Part shown: positions 61,401 to 64,000 of the stretch, one piece after another
Layout of the letters: every line of letters begins with the position of its first letter
Position numbering within the stretch: the stretch's first letter is position 1
NCBI GenBank assembly: GCA_965153285.1
Contig: OZ229116.1
DNA: 64,000 bases
Direction: 5' to 3' (one strand)
From: Podarcis tiliguerta
Taxonomy: Eukaryota
Program-made: the position numbers and the translations under genes
The notes under the pieces: generated by a model
The model's input: only the letters and a program-made list of their open reading frames with translations
Told to the model about the DNA's origin: nothing
The model's database searches: none

Positions 61401-63072
61401 TTAATCTGGCAAATTGAGGCTATATTTAGCCAAGTGTAATGTTCCTATATTCCCTCCTGCCTTCACACACATACTGGTCAGGCTTTACAGAGTATGTAGC
61501 TGAAGGGTTGTATTCAGAAGTGGCATTGTGTTTGTGTGGCAGAACTTGCCCTCCCACTCCTCATGCCCCCTCCCCAAATATGCTGTAGGTTAGGAGAATA
61601 CTCAGAATGGATTTGGGAAAGATTGGGCAAAACAGAGGGAAGGAAAGTTCCATATTGTGCGTGCTGAAGTCCTTGCACAAATGGTATGACTACATTGGAA
61701 TCGGGATTAGTTTTTCTACTTGTCTAGATTCCAAATTATGGTTTGGACTGGACAACCTTCAAACAGCAGGTAGGTTCAAATAGTGTGGAAGCTGCTTCTT
61801 CTGCTCTTCCCGCTTTGATTCTCTCCTGGGTTTGGGAGACAGTGGTGCAAGAGAGGGTGGGGAAGCACCTGGCCCTTCACTTGCCTGCCTGCCTCTTCCT
61901 CCAGCTCTGAAGCTTTTCTGCCTCTGATTCTTGCCTCCTGGCTGGTACAAGTCCTCACAAACCATTTCCCCCTCTCTTGAGTCAGACTTCAGCCCCCTTT
62001 CTTGGTGCACATTCATCAGTTTCCTTCCAGTCCCTGACAATAATACTACATGCATTGCTGCATGAGGAGCAGTTGACTGCTGAACAGAAAGTACAAATCC
62101 GAGCGTGAAAGTAACATAACTTGATTAAAGAGAGTTGGCATTGTGATATTAGGCTAAAATCAAGAGTAACATTCTGGTATTTTATGGAAAAAACGACCTA
62201 GTGATTTCTGGTCATGCATGTAGAATCTCAGAACCTATGTTTCTATGTTAGCTGCTAGCTATAAATAATGATCACAAGTTACAAGGGTGTGTCTAGTAGT
62301 TCACAAAGGCAAACTCTGTACAAATTGCATAATTTCTTCTCCTCCTCCCCGTCCTCCTCCTCCTCCTTCTTCAATTTTTTACTTACATAAAAGATTGACT
62401 AAGGAGCCCAGAACTTTGTCTCCTTGGTTGCATATTACACACTCAAACTTGCTCCGTGTAGACTATGGTGCAAGAATCAGTCCTAACATTTCTTTGCATA
62501 GCAATACTAGTAGTCATATCTCCTTATAGAAATGTAGGTCTCTCTGATTTTACTTGCACATAAATAGGGAGCAAATGCATGGGCATTTACATGACTTTAC
62601 TTAAAAATAACAACTACATCTGTTTTAATGCTGTGATTTAGCTTACATTACAGCATCCAGAAAGCCAGAACATTAAAAAAAAAAATCCACAAATGTCTCA
62701 TGGGTATATTATTTTAATTTGCAATGAAATAAGAAGAAAAAGAAACTGCTAATTACAAGATACACACTGTTAGGACACCTTAGGGGTTAACTGTTGATTT
62801 GTAATAAGCCCCAATCAAACACACATCTCCTAAGCTATTTATTATAGTTACATCCTGCTGTCATGAGGTGCCCTCACAGATCTAGCCACCAAGGGATGTA
62901 ATATAGATTGACAATTACTATACTCAGTGCTTTTTTTTCCCTAGAAAAAAATCTGCCAGTACTTACAAACTACAGTTCCCAACGTTCTTTGGGGGAAATG
63001 CTTTAAATGTATAGTGTGTCCACAGCTGTATTGCATTTTTTAAATAGAAAACCCTACTCATTGTTTTTAAAT

Positions 63073-63127
63073 TGGACTAGATGATCCTCAGGGTCCCTTC
63101 CAACTCTACAGTTCTATGATTCTATGA
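63073..63127 (+). mobile_element. CR1/SINE 3' tail fragment
   Basis: ttggactagatgatcctcagggtcccttccaactctacagttctatgattctatga. Confidence 0.85.
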
Positions 63128-64000
63128 AATTTGCACCTGTACCTAAAAATTAAAATAACAATTTTTTTCTCTGGTGATGCGCAAATGGGCAACCTCATCA
63201 CAGCAGTCCTAGAAATCAAAGCAGGGATGTCTGTGTGAAGGACTATTTCATATAAAACAAGCCTCCACCAATCACTGTACTTGGGACCTTTGGTAGGGAT
63301 AGTGTGGAAACTGCTTGCCTGTGTGAATTTGCTTCCAGAGTCATATAAACTTGTGTTCAATTAGCTTTCTGCAAAATCCCCAAACAGCACCACACTGCAC
63401 ACAACTTATTAGAGGTACCTGTCCTTGAGTGCAAAGGGGATTACTTTCAGGTAAGTCGATGTAAGATTGTAGAATTTTGTATAATGTAAATGAGCTTGTT
63501 TGGTTTAGTTGCCTCTGAATCTGCTCCAAATAGTTTGAATTTTGAAGAAAGGGATAGATTACACATACACACTAAATGAGAGGAGGTTAGTGAATTTTGT
63601 AGCAAAGTAAAACAAGCATTCATTGCATACTGGCCCCCCACACAAGGGAGAAGGTTTGTTTCTGCCCCTCCCTCCCTGGGGCCATAGGAGTGCCATGGGG
63701 GCTTTGGGACCCATAATAAAATATTTGTGGTGGCCGGGCCCTCACAAAGTTGGTGGGCATTCCCATTCAAATGGTATGTGTGCATTGTGTCATGTGATCG
63801 ATTATGTGGGGAGAGGCTTACCTGGGCCCCCACAATATTTTATTCAAGTAGGCACTCCTGCCTGGGACTCTGCAGGGTTGATTGATGTTGTGGCTTTAGA
63901 TGTAAAAACACAAGGGCCAGTAGGTGGCACTAGAGAAGTTAGAGGTTGCAACAAGGAAAATAAAGTTAGCTATGTTTTACCTCTCCCAACATGACTCTCT

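Noticed and set aside
41600-64000. ALKAL1 (FAM150A), the downstream neighbour of RB1CC1 in mammals as I recall
   Set aside because: No EIFPRD- or YYKRCARLL-like exons and no CpG-island first exon seen; probably beyond the window.

Overview
Vertebrate genomic DNA, probably a squamate (lacertid-type lizard, inferred from a Sauria SINE and other squamate-type repeats). The first ~41.5 kb hold the complete coding region of RB1CC1 (FIP200, autophagy scaffold of the ULK1 complex) on the + strand. I traced 22 coding exons by hand, all with GT-AG introns and compatible phases, from ATG 3655 to TAA 40442. They total 4785 nt (1594 aa), or 4776 nt (1591 aa) with an alternative donor 9 nt upstream. A probable non-coding exon lies at 2484-2602; the promoter and first exon appear to lie upstream of the window. 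The remainder is intronic or intergenic and contains CR1, L2 and L1 fragments, tRNA-derived SINEs, hAT and Tc1/mariner-pogo MITEs, and solo LTR-like elements. I found no recognisable second protein-coding gene, RNA gene or CRISPR array, and no clearly new biological system. The best leads are a candidate spliced, polyadenylated minus-strand transcript converging on the RB1CC1 3' end, a uORF whose stop overlaps the RB1CC1 start (AUGA), several candidate poison or alternative exons, and an unusual inverted-terminus LTR-like element. Comparisons with human RB1CC1 and repeat consensuses are from memory, not from database searches.
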